A stretch of DNA of 64,000 bases from Takakia lepidozioides (lineage: Eukaryota > Plantae > Bryophyta), in NCBI GenBank assembly GCA_030704615.1, contig CM060731.1, positions 82,026,001 through 82,090,000 of the forward strand, given 5' to 3'. Every line of letters starts with the position of its first letter. Position 1 is the stretch's first letter. Of the stretch, positions 46,373-59,336 are shown piece after piece. Below the pieces are notes generated by a model. The model was not told the origin of the DNA, did not search any database, and was given only the letters and a program-made list of their open reading frames with translations. Made by a program: the position numbers and the translations under genes.

Positions 46373-47192
46373 CAGTGTTGGGCGGTTACCCGCCGGGACC
46401 CAGGTTAACATCCGGTTCAGGTTAACCGGAACCGGACCGGAACCGGCCCATTCCTACAGAACCTGACCCGGAACCGGAACCTGCCAATGGGGATCGCAGA
46501 ACCGAACCGGCGGTTCCTGCTGGGTGTGAGAACCGGAGAAGGGGGGCGCATGGGGGATAAAAACAGGTTCCGGTTTTTGACCCTTGGTGGGGCTGGTGGC
46601 CCAGGGCAAAACTTATTTAATGCTCTCAAGCTCCTGAGATCCTGGGTTCAATGCTTGAAGGCCATGAGATTCTATGTTCAATGCTTCAGCGCCATGAGAT
46701 CTTGGGTTCAATCTCCAGCTCCATGATATCCTGGCTAAGTTCATTAATAAAATGTTTGAAGATGCCAATACTTGCCAGTAGCTGAATAGTACTTTCAACC
46801 CATAAAATTTTACCCATTTTCTTCTACCAGTTTATTTAGAGTATTTTTGTTTGTTTTTTTGTGTTAGTGAAAACTAACAAAATCGTTGGATTTTAGTTCA
46901 AATATGTGAGTACACTGCTATTTAATCTACCGGACTGATAAAATATTTTAAATCTAATTAAATTAAACAAATATATTTTTAAAATAGAACCGGAACCTAA
47001 CCGGAACCTATGGTTTTTATCAGCAACTAACCGGTAACCGGAACCGCCCCCATGTTTAAAAGTTGGATCCGGAACCAGACCGGAACCGGCTCAATAAAAA
47101 AAAACCGGAACCGGATCCGGAACCGTCTCTTGAAATAATTGTGGAACCAGAACCGAAGGTTCTTTCACAAATGCAAGAACCGCCCAACACTG
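46373..47192. mobile_element. hAT-type MITE (820 bp)
   Basis: Perfect 15-bp TIR CAGTGTTGGGCGGTT / AACCGCCCAACACTG, 8-bp TSD GTTCTGTC / GATCTGTC (7/8 match), and AACCGG subterminal repeats. Confidence 0.9.
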
Positions 47193-47259
47193 GATCTGTC
47201 CCTTTAAGCTTATGTTCCGCTCAAGCTGGGGCCAGAGTTCAGTGGCCACAAGGCTACGG

Positions 47260-50200
47260 CAAACAACGAGTACATTCCTCTCTTGCCTATGCCTATGCTA
47301 ACGGGGCCACCAGCCACCACATTAATGTAGAAGATTCGTCAAGCAGCCAAATGGGCCCTTGCATGCAGCCAAATGACCCCACATGCAATTGCCATGTGAG
47401 GCCTGTACCAATATCCACCTCCTTCGGACAGGCCTCTTAGAGGTTCACCCCGGTGCTTCGACGATGCATTCTATTCTATTTTGCACATTTGGGCCCAGTC
47501 ATGATGCAGCAGAGGTTGGGTCCGGAGCATCCGCACTCGAAGCCCGTGGCCGAAGGCTTTTGCAGATACTTTCTACATTCGAACTGTATCTTGTATCAGG
47601 ATGTTACAAGTGCTTACAACTAGTGGTGCAATCCTAGCTGCGAAAACTGTAAATATCTTGGGACCCGCTGTGAGAAGGACTGATAGGGTATTCACGCGTA
47701 GGCCCCTGCACTGGACCCGCAGAAGAGATGGACAGCGCTGGTCCCACTGCTGCACTGTGTTGACGGTCGACGCAAGAAAGGGATATGTCGACCTATAGAA
47801 TTAAGAAATTAAGAAACTTTATACTGTCCACGGGAAGCAGAAGTAGTTTGCAATCTGGAGAGTACTCACAATGGCTTTCCGTGTCTGGTGCATACGCTCT
47901 TACTTCCCAAAAAATTTGAATGTTTCATCTACCTTACAGAGAGGATCCTCAGGTCATCAACCATACATTGTGGAATTGCAGTGACCTTTAGGGCATGTGA
48001 TCTGGTGGAGAGAACAGTACTGTTTTTGATAGTCCAAATATTCGCAATTCTCGTGTATTATGTCGAGCCCCGTAGACTGACCAGAGTTGAGCAGACCTGT
48101 AATTTAAAGTGTCCAAATCGCTTGATTGCAGTATGGAGCACACATATTTCGTGTGCTCTTGAAATCATTGGAACGAGGTTTGTGATCCAAGTGCTCAACC
48201 ATGAAAGATTTGTAGCCTAATTGAGAAGGCTCGGGTTCTAAGGCTCTAGAAGGGCGGCTCAAGTGCCACAGACACGCGATCTTGCTGGGGAAGACCTTCT
48301 TGCGTCTCTTACGATTGTAGAGGGCTCAGAGCATCTTCATCGCTCGATCTGAGATAAATTGAGTGAACCCAACTGCAACTTGAGAGGGGTGCACTTGAGC
48401 AATTCTTTCCCGCGTTCATTTGGTGTATGCGGAAGGACTATCGAATTAGGACAACCTGCAGATCACTTGAGATGTTAACATTGGAGCAATTTTATCTTGT
48501 ACTCAGTGCAGTGTTCCCACTATATGTTGCATTATTCCTCGGATATGGGTCGGTGAGGTGGTGGAACATCGTTACTGCTGATCAAAGCCGGGGGCTCAAC
48601 AGATTCACGTCATATATCGTTGTTCCTGCACTTCTGTTTCAGATACTGGCCTTCAACAACCCCTACACAATGGACCTGCGGCTTATTGCAGCTTACAGTC
48701 TTGCCGGCACTCTTATTCTAGGTACGCTCGACCTAAGCTATGTACACACTACTTTATAGATTGCACGCTATACATGTGGTCTCCTTAGACTCTTTGGTGG
48801 GAGAAATGAGCTTTCGATAGAGTCCAGGTTTGTGGAATCTTTGAACTTGTAAAATTCCTTATCCATGCGAGGCTCTGAGCTTATTTCCCGTTCATACGGA
48901 GATCGAGGCTCAGATATGCATGTAGCGCAGTATATTTATCTTTAGCCCTGGAATGAATAGGGATCCGGATGCTCGTAGGTAGTTGAATTCGGTGTTTAGA
49001 GCTTTTCAGGTGTTTACAGATCATGGAGTCTCCACATCGTGTCAACATTTGGGGCAGGAGCTTTTCCAATCGGGTAAAATGTTGAAGGATCTTTTTTATT
49101 TTCTTTGACAGAAACGGAGACCTTTATTCCACAGACAAGGTAGAGCAATCCATCAGCAATCCATTCGCATACGACAACATCTCAAAAGAGACTCGGGAGG
49201 AGTAACATTCCACCGTACACCTCTATCCAGCTACGATTGAGAGCATGTTTCCGTAGTTGTTGCCACTCTGCCATGCCACTAGAGATGGTGTCCTTCCATG
49301 CCAAAGTCTTGGCACCCAGAAAATGATTGGCCTCCGGGAACAAAGCGGCACCGCCGCACCAAAAAGGATCTTGTTTTTAAAACGACGCAAATGTGTTAGG
49401 AGAACTTGGAGACTTCATAATCAAGTTCACAGTACATGTACCGTTTCCTAACCCTTGGTACACAGATTCTTGAGAATTTCTTCTCGTTTACAGACCTTAC
49501 CATAAAAGTATAGAGCCATTAGCACTTTGGACATCATACTGTGAGATTGTAAGTGACCATGTAGGCTTATGTAGGAACTTAACCAGAATCCACCAAGAGA
49601 CGACCAGTACTCTAGCTGCAGGCATATGCTCTTTGGTCTGGAAAGGTGCAAATCATCTGGATGAACATTTCTATGTAGTTCTCTGATCAGAAGAAAACTT
49701 GTGCGTACGTTTAAAAAACCTTCTCCAAGCCCTTTTTTCGAGTCAAGTGCTGGCCTGTGCCCTTTTGTTCTGCTCCTTGGTCACCAACTAGTGCAGCTCC
49801 GGGACCTATCAAAGAAAGATGGGAGTCATTTTCCTCCTAACACGGCGGTATGGATCTGCAAATTGTGATTGTTTGTGAGTCTATTTTGTGTATGTCTTTC
49901 CCACCTGGATGTTCTGTCCTCATCTCCGACGCGTTTTCAGTTGGCATCTTCTGGACAATCGGGACTGGAGCCGATTCTGTGGTTCGATTCTTCCAGCCAT
50001 ATCTGGATCGAGGCGATTGCCAGTCCTGAGCTTCCAAGTTCCCAGAACTCCTTGTTTGTAGTCTGGCCGTTTTTGGAGTCATTGCACGCGTATCGCAAAC
50101 CAGTAAATAAGTCTCAAGGACTGTGTTTTTCCACCAGACTACAGACTTTCCATGCTGAGCCTGCTGTAGCTTGCGGAACACTGTATGTTTACCTAAATGC

Positions 50201-52971
50201 ATCACATGAATCGATATTTGCTGAGGAATGCCATATCTGTGCTCTTCCAGGTGTCCTATGCGGGTGGGCGTGGTTCGCAGAATCTGGCAGCATCGACTGG
50301 GTCATCACTCTTTTGCAGCTTGCAGTAGTGCCCAACACTATCATTGTGGGTATACCTGTGCTATCGCCGCTCTACACTGGTGCTACCCAGGGAATTGCAG
50401 CTATCTTCATTGGTCAAGTGTTGTGGATCAACGTGTTTCTACTCCTCTACGAAACTCGCAAAGTTCTTCTTGATATGTCCGGAACAAAGGCAGAGCCATT
50501 AGTTTCAGAGGATGTGAGCAATGTCGCAGGTAGCACTGCTGATGCGGTTGTCGCTGGAATATCCTCCGGTAGGGAAGCTCAATCTCGCAGTTCTTTTACA
50601 CTGTCAACGGATAGCTCACTGCCTCAATGCCAGGGCCTTTCTGGTGGTACTGATTCACCGAGATCACTGAAAACCCAATATGTAGTGCTATGTTTCTGTT
50701 GACTCAATGTGGTACATCATGCATGATTTGGTTATCTCAACCTCGGCATAAATTCGAAGTACTTAGACGAAGCAGCATCATGCTAGTTGAATGAATACAC
50801 ATGATAGATATCTGTAACTGGGAAGGAAGTCCAGATCTATTTCTACATATCATTTACATGTCCAACTCTTTGCTACATCAGAAGGGAAGGTCGACGAAGA
50901 AAAGGGCGATGATTGTCAAGTTACGATTGGTCCATCAGGGGCGGAGAAGGACCCAAATGTGTTCTCAGAAACTCGAGCGCAAGCGCAAAACTCCAGGGGT
51001 ACGTCTGTCACTGTGGGGGAGGCCCAGTTGTCAGGTGATACGAAGCTGATCTCAAATGGCCAGATTCAAGCATCTGAGACCGAGTCTGCGTTAGAGAGGG
51101 GTAGAGAGTACATGGAAGTGAAGAAAAATATCCCAATGCAAGTGGCTGTCAAGGTGATGAAGAAAATGCTGCAACTACCCATGACGTATGCCAGCTTTCT
51201 GGGTGTCATATATTCGCTCATTGCAAACAGGTATGTACAAGAATCTCGTTTCGAAGCATTTCCTTGAACGAGTTCAGATGAAATGTACATATTAAACATA
51301 TTTCGGGAACTGGCACAGGCACCAACTTGAAATTGAGATGAGCTATCAAATAGATGCACAGGATGGGGACAGTGATGAGCTGACTCTGAAAGATGTCTGG
51401 ACAGAGTATCTGACGTGGTTATGTGCAGCAGTGAGCGTTTCGCTGTAACCAACTGGCAGGCTAATTGATGATCTCGGATCCTGTTACTTTTGCAGGTGGG
51501 GTTTTTCCTTTCCTCTCATTTTGAAAAATTCTCTGGACATCTTCAGCAGGATGGGCGTTGGCCTTGTTCTGTACACAATCGGTATGGTGCTGAAAGACAG
51601 TATCTAGCCTAATATTGTAGTTGATCCAGCTATACTACAATATTAGAACCGGGATTAGAATACGACAATGCTGCGATATACTTTGGAAGGGCCTCGCCCT
51701 CATGTTTTCCTGTTTCTCAGCTCTTCCTCAGTACTCGAGAGCGTCTGCTGTCCTCAAGGGAAGGGAGAGAGGTTAAACGTGAACCAACGATTTCCTTAGC
51801 ATACTGCCTTTGTCAATTATTTTGAGTCACAGGATGGAAGCATAAGACAGACTTTCGAGAGCAGTTTTCCCTTCTTAGTCAATCTCTCAGGTACGGCTGA
51901 CTGTATTGTAGATCTGAAATATATGTCTTGACTCTCCTCCCTCTTGAATATATCGGCTATATGCTTGGCTCAGACCTCCCTACTCTTAGTGCTACCTGTC
52001 AGGCTTGTTCATGGCGGGTGAGAAGACGCTGATATCATGTGGAATATGGCTTACGCTCTATGGATCATTTTGGCGATTCGTAATTGGACCAACGGCAATG
52101 GGTCTGACATCCTTGTTGATCGGATTCCGTGGAAACGCTCTTCGCTTCGCAATTGCTCAGGTCTGTTTACCTTTACACGTCGAACAATTAAAAATTGTCA
52201 TGAACACTTCAGAACTTAGACAATGTCCGAATGATTAACAACATATAAGTAGTATGTACTCAATTTGGTATAGAAGAGAAGGATTTTAACATTCAAGTTC
52301 TGCTTCCAGGTCTCAATCACCAATGAATTTAATAGGCTTTTCAATTGATTGATTAGGTGCTGTAAAGTGGGTACTTGCCATACATTCGAATGCTTATGCC
52401 TTACCCTGCTTCCGCAACAGGCCACACTGCCACAAGGAGTCATCTGTTTCGTGTTTGCCAAGGAGTACAATTTGCATGCCAGCATCTTCAGTACAGCGTA
52501 TGTTGAAATTCTCTACCATTTTCAATTTTCCATCCACTGTACCATGTTAATGTACAGAACGTCAAAACTACCAGATGTCACGGTACTATAAATTGTGGAG
52601 CTCGAAGTAGAGATGATCCATGCACTTCACGATCTTTGAGGACATGCCATGATGACACTACCGACATAAATAGATGTGTACATATACTCAAAACAATTTT
52701 TTTTCAGGAATCCCAGGTGATGATCATTTGGTATTTACGTGATTTAACAAATTGTAATCAGCAGAAATTCTGACACAGACGGTGGCGCTGGATTTGCAGG
52801 GTCTCATTTCAAACGATAGTCTTTCTGCCAATTGTGCTAGCGTACTACGTAGTGCTTGAGCTCTTGTAACTAGGAGCTCAGATAGTGGAAGCTGATTTGG
52901 CAGGGCTCCGGTCTTGACATGTCCATGAGTACCTTGTTATTTCTATCCTGCCAGCTTCCTTCCTTGTTGCC
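47260..52971 (+). repeat. Tandem duplication unit 2 (PIN locus)
   Basis: Colinear with ~37215-43022. Confidence 0.9.
48472..52869 (+). CDS. PIN: Non-canonical PIN-family auxin efflux carrier, copy 2 (~461 aa); exons 48472-48721, 50251-50646, 50882-51230, 51496-51581, 52003-52160, 52421-52497, 52800-52869
   Basis: Same exon structure as copy 1 with a 3-nt deletion in exon 3 and intact splice sites; motifs VPNTIIVGIPVL and ATLPQGVICFVFAKEY. Confidence 0.92.
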
Positions 52972-53190
52972 TAGCGGCCCATTAAACCGTCACTCGGACC
53001 AGGATTGTTAACAGTAATAGCTAGTGACCTGTTCACAAGGGGCATATAATGCATTCCCTTATAGAAAAAGATGAGATTTTACCTGTCTTGATGCATACTT
53101 TACTACACTTATCTGGGAAATCCCTCCATCCATGAATAATGGGACTCTCCCTGATGGAGTTCCTCAACCCCACCTTCACACGGTAAAAAT

Positions 53191-53470
53191 GAAAAAAATG
53201 ACCATTTTAAAATGTGAGAAACATCAAATGATTCAATCCTGGTAAAAACAACCATTTTAGAATATGAAAAGCTGCAAATGATTCAATCATGGTAAAAGCA
53301 ATCATTTTAGAATGTCAGAAACTGCAAATGATTCAATCCAACCATTTTAGAATGTGAGAAACTGCAAATGATTCAATCCTGGTAATAACAACCATTTTAG
53401 AATGTGAGAAACTTCAAATGATTCAATCATGGTAAAAGCAACCATTTTAGAATGTCAGAAACATCATATG
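53191..53470. repeat. Tandem array of ~50-bp units (~5.5 copies)
   Basis: Unit approximately ACCATTTTAGAATGTGAGAAACTGCAAATGATTCAATCCTGGTAAAAACA. Confidence 0.9.
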
Positions 53471-53812
53471 TTTCACTCTTTTCATTTTCACTTGTAATCA
53501 GGGAATGCACCCCATAGTGTCACATGGCAAAATTGGCAATCCAAAGGTAAATCCATAAGTATTGCTCTATGCAACCTGAGTTTCTAGTTCTACTTTTCAT
53601 CGGGGAATATATCTCACATTGTGAGATTCTAAGTATCAATGTCGTGCTCCCTTCAAAACAATATATGCCTTCAAAGTAAACTGTACACTCCTAACAAGGC
53701 TCAAAGGATGATCAGAATTGGAGCTACTGGGCTCTAAAGCTACCACTGACTGCAGCTACATGGTTGTAATGCTCCCAAAGGATGTCCATCACTGAATCAC
53801 ATGCATCCTAAC

Positions 53813-56435
53813 TTATGCCAATTTCTTGATGTTATCTAAGTACAAATGTTGCAGCCCGTTGCTAATAGGAGGAGGATTGATGATGCCAATCTTGAATTCT
53901 GTAAGTGCCCATACTACCACCAAATCCAAATGCTTCAGCCTCCTCTTTGCATCAACCTCTCGTTTTTTGATGGGGATGCAAAGTTCTGGGAACTTCTTGG
54001 CAGCATACATAGACACATTGGCAAGCACATCATGTATGTTATCCAGCCCCATGACCACCATGGCAATGGTCTTTTTGGCATTCTCTGCTAGTTTCTCAAC
54101 CTGGACTCCATGCACAGTTACAAATGCATTGCTTCAAATCCCTCATTTCTGTCATACTACTCATCAAACTAACACTCTGGAAATATACAGCTACAAATGG
54201 TTAATACTGAGAGAGATGCATACCTAAAAAACTGCAATGAGGCTACCATCAAGCGCTACATCAAGACGATCATGGTCGACACCACCCTTTCCATTCGTTT
54301 TTTTGCATAACCTTCAGATGCGTTGGGCTCGCGGACAGAGAATTTATAGACAAGATTTTCTGGACTTTCACAACTGGTACAACTTCAATCTATCTATCCA
54401 TCAACACCCTTCCCAAACATAGTACACCATTAACACAAATAAACTTCAAGAACCAAACAACGTCACATGCATAATCAGCTTTACAACAGGATTCAGATAT
54501 ACAAAGATTACTTACTTCTTTATAGGCTTTTTGAAAGGAGTCCGAAGGTCTGTACCAGGAATTTTCCTCTTCCTCTTTAAGCTTGCTTGCACATGTGTGT
54601 CGTCCTCATCCTTTTCCACATAAACCACTGACATGAGATGCAAGGCACATCACTGTAAACTTCACATTTCAGACTTCTATTGTTGTACTTTCATTCAGCT
54701 ATACAACAAACTTTGAGCCCATCCTATTTATATTCTTTACTACTAAAGAACAAGTGAAAGTAATGTACAGAAAGTGTTTAGGTTGGAAGAAAAACTTGTG
54801 AGGCTCCACGCTTTCGGAGAAGGCCGCTTGCACTGGGTCAGGTTGCTCAGTATGTTCCATGACATCATGTTCTGCTAGCTCCATCATTGGAGAGGGTGCT
54901 TGCACCTGTGTGTCGCCCCCATCCATTTCCACATAAACCAATGACATGAGACGTAAGGCACATCACTCTGGAATCTGAACGTCCTTTACATGACAAGTCT
55001 TCTGAAAATCAGACAGAATTAAAATACAAAAGGGTTTACCTTTGGTCTGGCAGTTTTGGACTCTGTTTATGCTCCTTGTTGGCCAAGTAATGTTTGAATT
55101 CCTTGAACCATTGGTAGATATCCTCTCTACTTGCCAGCGCATGCAAGTAGTGCTACTACCATTTTTCAATGAAGAGTAAAGCACTCAAGGATGGCTCTCG
55201 CGCTTTAATGAAGTCCTTAACCTTGTCTACCATCTCTTTAGAGTTCCTCAAGTTGCAAGTCAGAAGAGTTCTGATTTCAGGGTCTTCTTGGTTTGAAAAC
55301 CAAGACCTCACCATCTTCACATTCTGATTATATACTCTCCACTGTAAAGGGTGATTATCCCTAAGGAAGTCTCTACCCCACTTCACCTCTCCCCTTTTTG
55401 AATGTTGAGGTGGTTTCTTGAATACACACGTTCATACAAGGTTCTCATGCATCCCTCTGCCTTGGTAGATAGGGTTACTACCTTTCACAAGAGGCTCAAT
55501 TTTGCTATCACCCCTAGGTGCTCCACAATCTGTACAGAACCTTGCTTTCTCTGAAGGAAATTCCTCACCACACTTGCCACACTTTGTTAGTTACCACATG
55601 AACCTCCAAAAGAGATGGCGTCTTTTCCAGACCATTTCTCGCATCAGCCCTAGGTTCTCTTGGGGATGTTCTGGTCTTCTTCAATTTTCTTGTGGAAGAA
55701 CCCTTGGCGACTATCTTCTGTGGGGGCTCAGGTTGTTCACCATGAATTTGTAAAGGTTGTAGCCCCAACTCGAGCATGCCTCATTGTTCCTCTTCATTTT
55801 TTGGATCCTCAGCAACTCATATTCAGTCACTTCTGCCATAATCGCCCTTTTCTACAAATTGTGCTTCCCTGTACAAGACCTGAGAGTGCAGCGAAAGCAT
55901 CCAATGAGATCAATTAGCAGCAAAAGGTACTCCTACTACTCATCCCAAGGTAAATGAAGTGACAGAGTAAGCATAAATCACCACGACCATAGCCACCTGT
56001 AGGACCTACTTATCTATCCCAAACAATAATGCAAAATACGTATAGGCTTCCCTCCTTCCTAGTGTCGTGCAGATATCTTGCTTTACAAAAATCTTAGAAG
56101 TAATCTAATGTAATCTACTGTGAACTCTAATCTAGATCTAAATCAGGTCTATTCTACCTCAACATATGTGCTCTAGCTTTCACAACCACACAACTCAATT
56201 CATATACTTCAAGATACTTCTGTCTGGAGAACCTCCTAATTCTCTTGTTGACCAAAGACAAGCAGTAGAACAAATGAAGATCCTCAGACTCTGAGAGAAA
56301 TGGAACAATCACATCAGCTGTAGGTACTACATCACTGTCCTGATGTGGTTGGATACATTCTTCATCAAATTTGGCAGCAGCTCTATGTAGAAGAAGAACT
56401 ACAACTTGAAGAGTTCTTCTTGATGCCAAACCCAT
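53813..56435 (-). pseudogene. Decayed multi-exon gene of unknown, probably TE, origin with a zinc ribbon
   Basis: CGKCGEEFPSEKARFCTDCGAP near 55515-55580; scattered same-strand ORF pieces with stops; a duplicated ~70-bp exon-like segment at ~54590 and ~54900. Confidence 0.4.
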
Positions 56436-57105
56436 GGTCTCTGAACTAAAAAAAGAATCCTACCAGCTAGAAAAAAATGCCAAATGATGAGCAGAAGAGG
56501 ATGAGTGTGCATCAAAGACGAATAGTCTAACAAAGATGATAGAGAAAATGGAGTGACGAACTCAGTGCAAGACGCAAGAGAAAAGAGAGTACCAGACGCG
56601 AGAGAAAAAGACAGTCCGAGACGAGAGAGAAGAGACGCGAGAGAACTGAGATTCATCCAAGAATGACCAAGATTCATCCATTAGATTCATCCATCCACTA
56701 AGAGTAAACTGAGAACGCTGGTTCCGGTGAGTTTGGGTCACAGTCACCAGAGGAGTTAGCCTTGTGGCCCCCAGTTTGATCTCAATGGTCCCCCTCCCCC
56801 AATTCTCTGTTGTTTTGCTCCACTCACACAGGGGACAGGAAGCCGCTGACAAAGCTACAGCATGCAAACTTTATAAATAAGAACATCATCACTCTCAAAA
56901 CTTATGTCAATAGATGAGATGGAACCTACAAGACTCATTGCCTTAGCGGTACCTTGGGACTTACTGAATCATTGTCACAAAGCACCCAGCAAGCCCCTGC
57001 ATCAAGCCGAAATGGCTCATCATGGCTCATCATTATCATTAGTATTATATTAATCTCCTCTCCTCCCAAAGCTGCTCTAGGGGAGGAGAATGGATCATCA
57101 CGCAC

Positions 57106-57288
57106 CTGCACAAAGAACATAGAGCGCGGTGGAATCTTCATGTAATGTCCCAGCTTGAAGTCAGACAGAAAGGCGATGGCTTGTTGAGCGCTGTTGTAGC
57201 CATATGTCTTGAACAACACATTTGCTATAGGTTGGCCTGGTAACAGGAGACCCATAATGTATTCTGAAATTATATTCAACCCTGGTGT
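57106..57288 (-). pseudogene. OPT: Isolated exon of an OPT-family oligopeptide transporter
   Basis: [31 protein letters not shown]...[22 protein letters not shown] between AG and GT; no other OPT exons seen. Confidence 0.85.
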
Positions 57289-58636
57289 CTGATCCCCACC
57301 AAACCAAGCCCATGCACTTCCTGTGAAAATTCGACACCACTTACAATAGTGTATTGAAAAAGTGTATTGAAACACATTATTAAGCATACACAGTCCATGA
57401 CTACAAAGAAGCCAGGTTAATAAGAAGACCATCTAGAAAAAAAAGATAAGTTGATGCAATTGTACGTGGAAGGGAAATCTTATTGCGGCACACTTGTTTT
57501 GAGAAATTACTTTGTAAATGCTGAAACACAGTCCAAGCACTTATATGATCACACCGAGCTGACCTCGTTTACTTGATCCAAATGCAAACACTGTTGCTGC
57601 CTCTGATGGCCCTGATGTAGCAGTCATAGCGAACAACCTTCTCACTTAGAGACCACCCGCCACCTCCCCACCGGAACTTGCAGATCATACATTATGAAGT
57701 GGATAAAGGTGATTACAATGACTTCAATGGCGAGGCCCTCAATATGATTGCCACAAAGGGTCATGCTGATGAATTATTCCTCACATGTTCTCCAGAATTG
57801 ACTATGGGTACTGATCATGGCTCTTACCAGAATCGGAAGCTCCCAACTGTCCACAACGAATACTTCCCCATGCCCAGACCTGCTGTTCTTCTGCCCAAGG
57901 TTGATCATACGGGAATTAGACAGTGGCACAATAACATTGTGTCTCCACTAGTACTTACTAAAATAGTCTGGGAGTTAAAATGTAGGGTAAACATTATGAA
58001 TAGTAATCTGGAACATGCTATATTCGTAAGTACTATACCCATCTATACTTGCAGGTGACCTGTCCTTGAGAATAAAATACAAGCGTTCAGACTGGTACCT
58101 TGCAAAAACTTACTTTGGATAATCAGCAAATGAGCCGTGAAGTTCAGAGTCATACCTGAAAGAGCCAGACCGTGGCTCTAACCGAGACGGTCTTTGGGGG
58201 AAACAAAGAAGACAACACGGCACAGCTCTCTCTAAAACAACTATCACTTCTCGTGGAAGTGCTGGTCCTTTCAAACTGCAATCAACAGTGGGAGCAGGAG
58301 CCCATAACTACAGGACCGTCACTATGGTGGACAGATGTACCAAGTCCCTGCCTTAAGACCTGAAGGGCCAAACTAGTCATCATACAGAACAATGATGGCA
58401 AGGTACTTGAGCAGTGCAATGCACAGTGTACAAACTAGAGCAGATTCTGACGCTCACACTGGTCCTGAATTACCCCCTAACAGGAAAAACCCCTTCCATA
58501 GTGGGCGAAAAGAACATCTTCGTCACTCTGGCTTTCACTATTTGTGGTCTCTGGCCCTCGGGATAGATAGTTTTCCATCAAATATAAGAGACTAGGGGAG
58601 GGACTCCATCTCAGTTGATCACTGACATGGTGCACA

Positions 58637-59336
58637 TTATCTGCCTCCTGACTTCAAACTATTACTCAACCTGCAGCCAAGACACCCAGTAAGCCGGCAT
58701 GCAGCCCCGACTTTCTTCCATCTCATTCAAGACAGACCTGAACCCTACATATCGACAATTTCAAGCTCCAAGCCTTCATCAAATATAACCTAGGGCATCA
58801 CACATCAAGTTCCACGTGTAGGACTAAAAAGATTGTTCTAATGAGTGCCACTGAATATAACTTGACCACCGGCAAAGTAACACCAAGGAAATATACCTAT
58901 CCAATCCCTCAAATAGATCATCCCCCTTGATAGCAGACATTTTGAATATAGCCCATTGCCGGTTCTTGATCTTGTGCAGGTTCAGAGCTTCTGTAATGGC
59001 CGCATCATTCAACGCTCCTGGTAAGTCCTGCGCCATCCCACCATTAACCTCCTTACATCAAAGTAAGATACAAGTGCAGACAAATCCACGCTTGTCTCTT
59101 TTGCAGAGAACACCAGATAATGCCGTGCAGCACACCTTGCTTGTTCACAGCACACGGTGGTAGGCGATGGTTGCACGCCTCCTGTGTAGCTCAGAAACTA
59201 GAGCACTGTTCAAGCACCCGGAGAAGATGCAACAACAGCCCTAATTCAAAACCCACCTAGATCCCCATAAGAGTCAATAGTTGAGGACCTGCTTATTTGC
59301 ATAGATAAGAACCACCACATCCTTCAGTTCCTCCTC
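58637..59336 (-). pseudogene. ARL1: Last three exons of an ARF-like GTPase ARL1 (59336-59289, 59027-58897, 58670-58637)
   Basis: EEELKDVVVLIYANKQ|DLPGALNDAAITEALNLHKIKNRQWAIFK...LFEGLDR|LSNSLKSGGR*. Introns are retained, the N-terminal exons are absent, and the conserved Trp has become Arg. Confidence 0.85.

Noticed and set aside
49869-50250. N-terminal extension of ORF 49869-50702
   Set aside because: Intron read-through; the homologous region of copy 1 is not open and the acceptor is at 50250.
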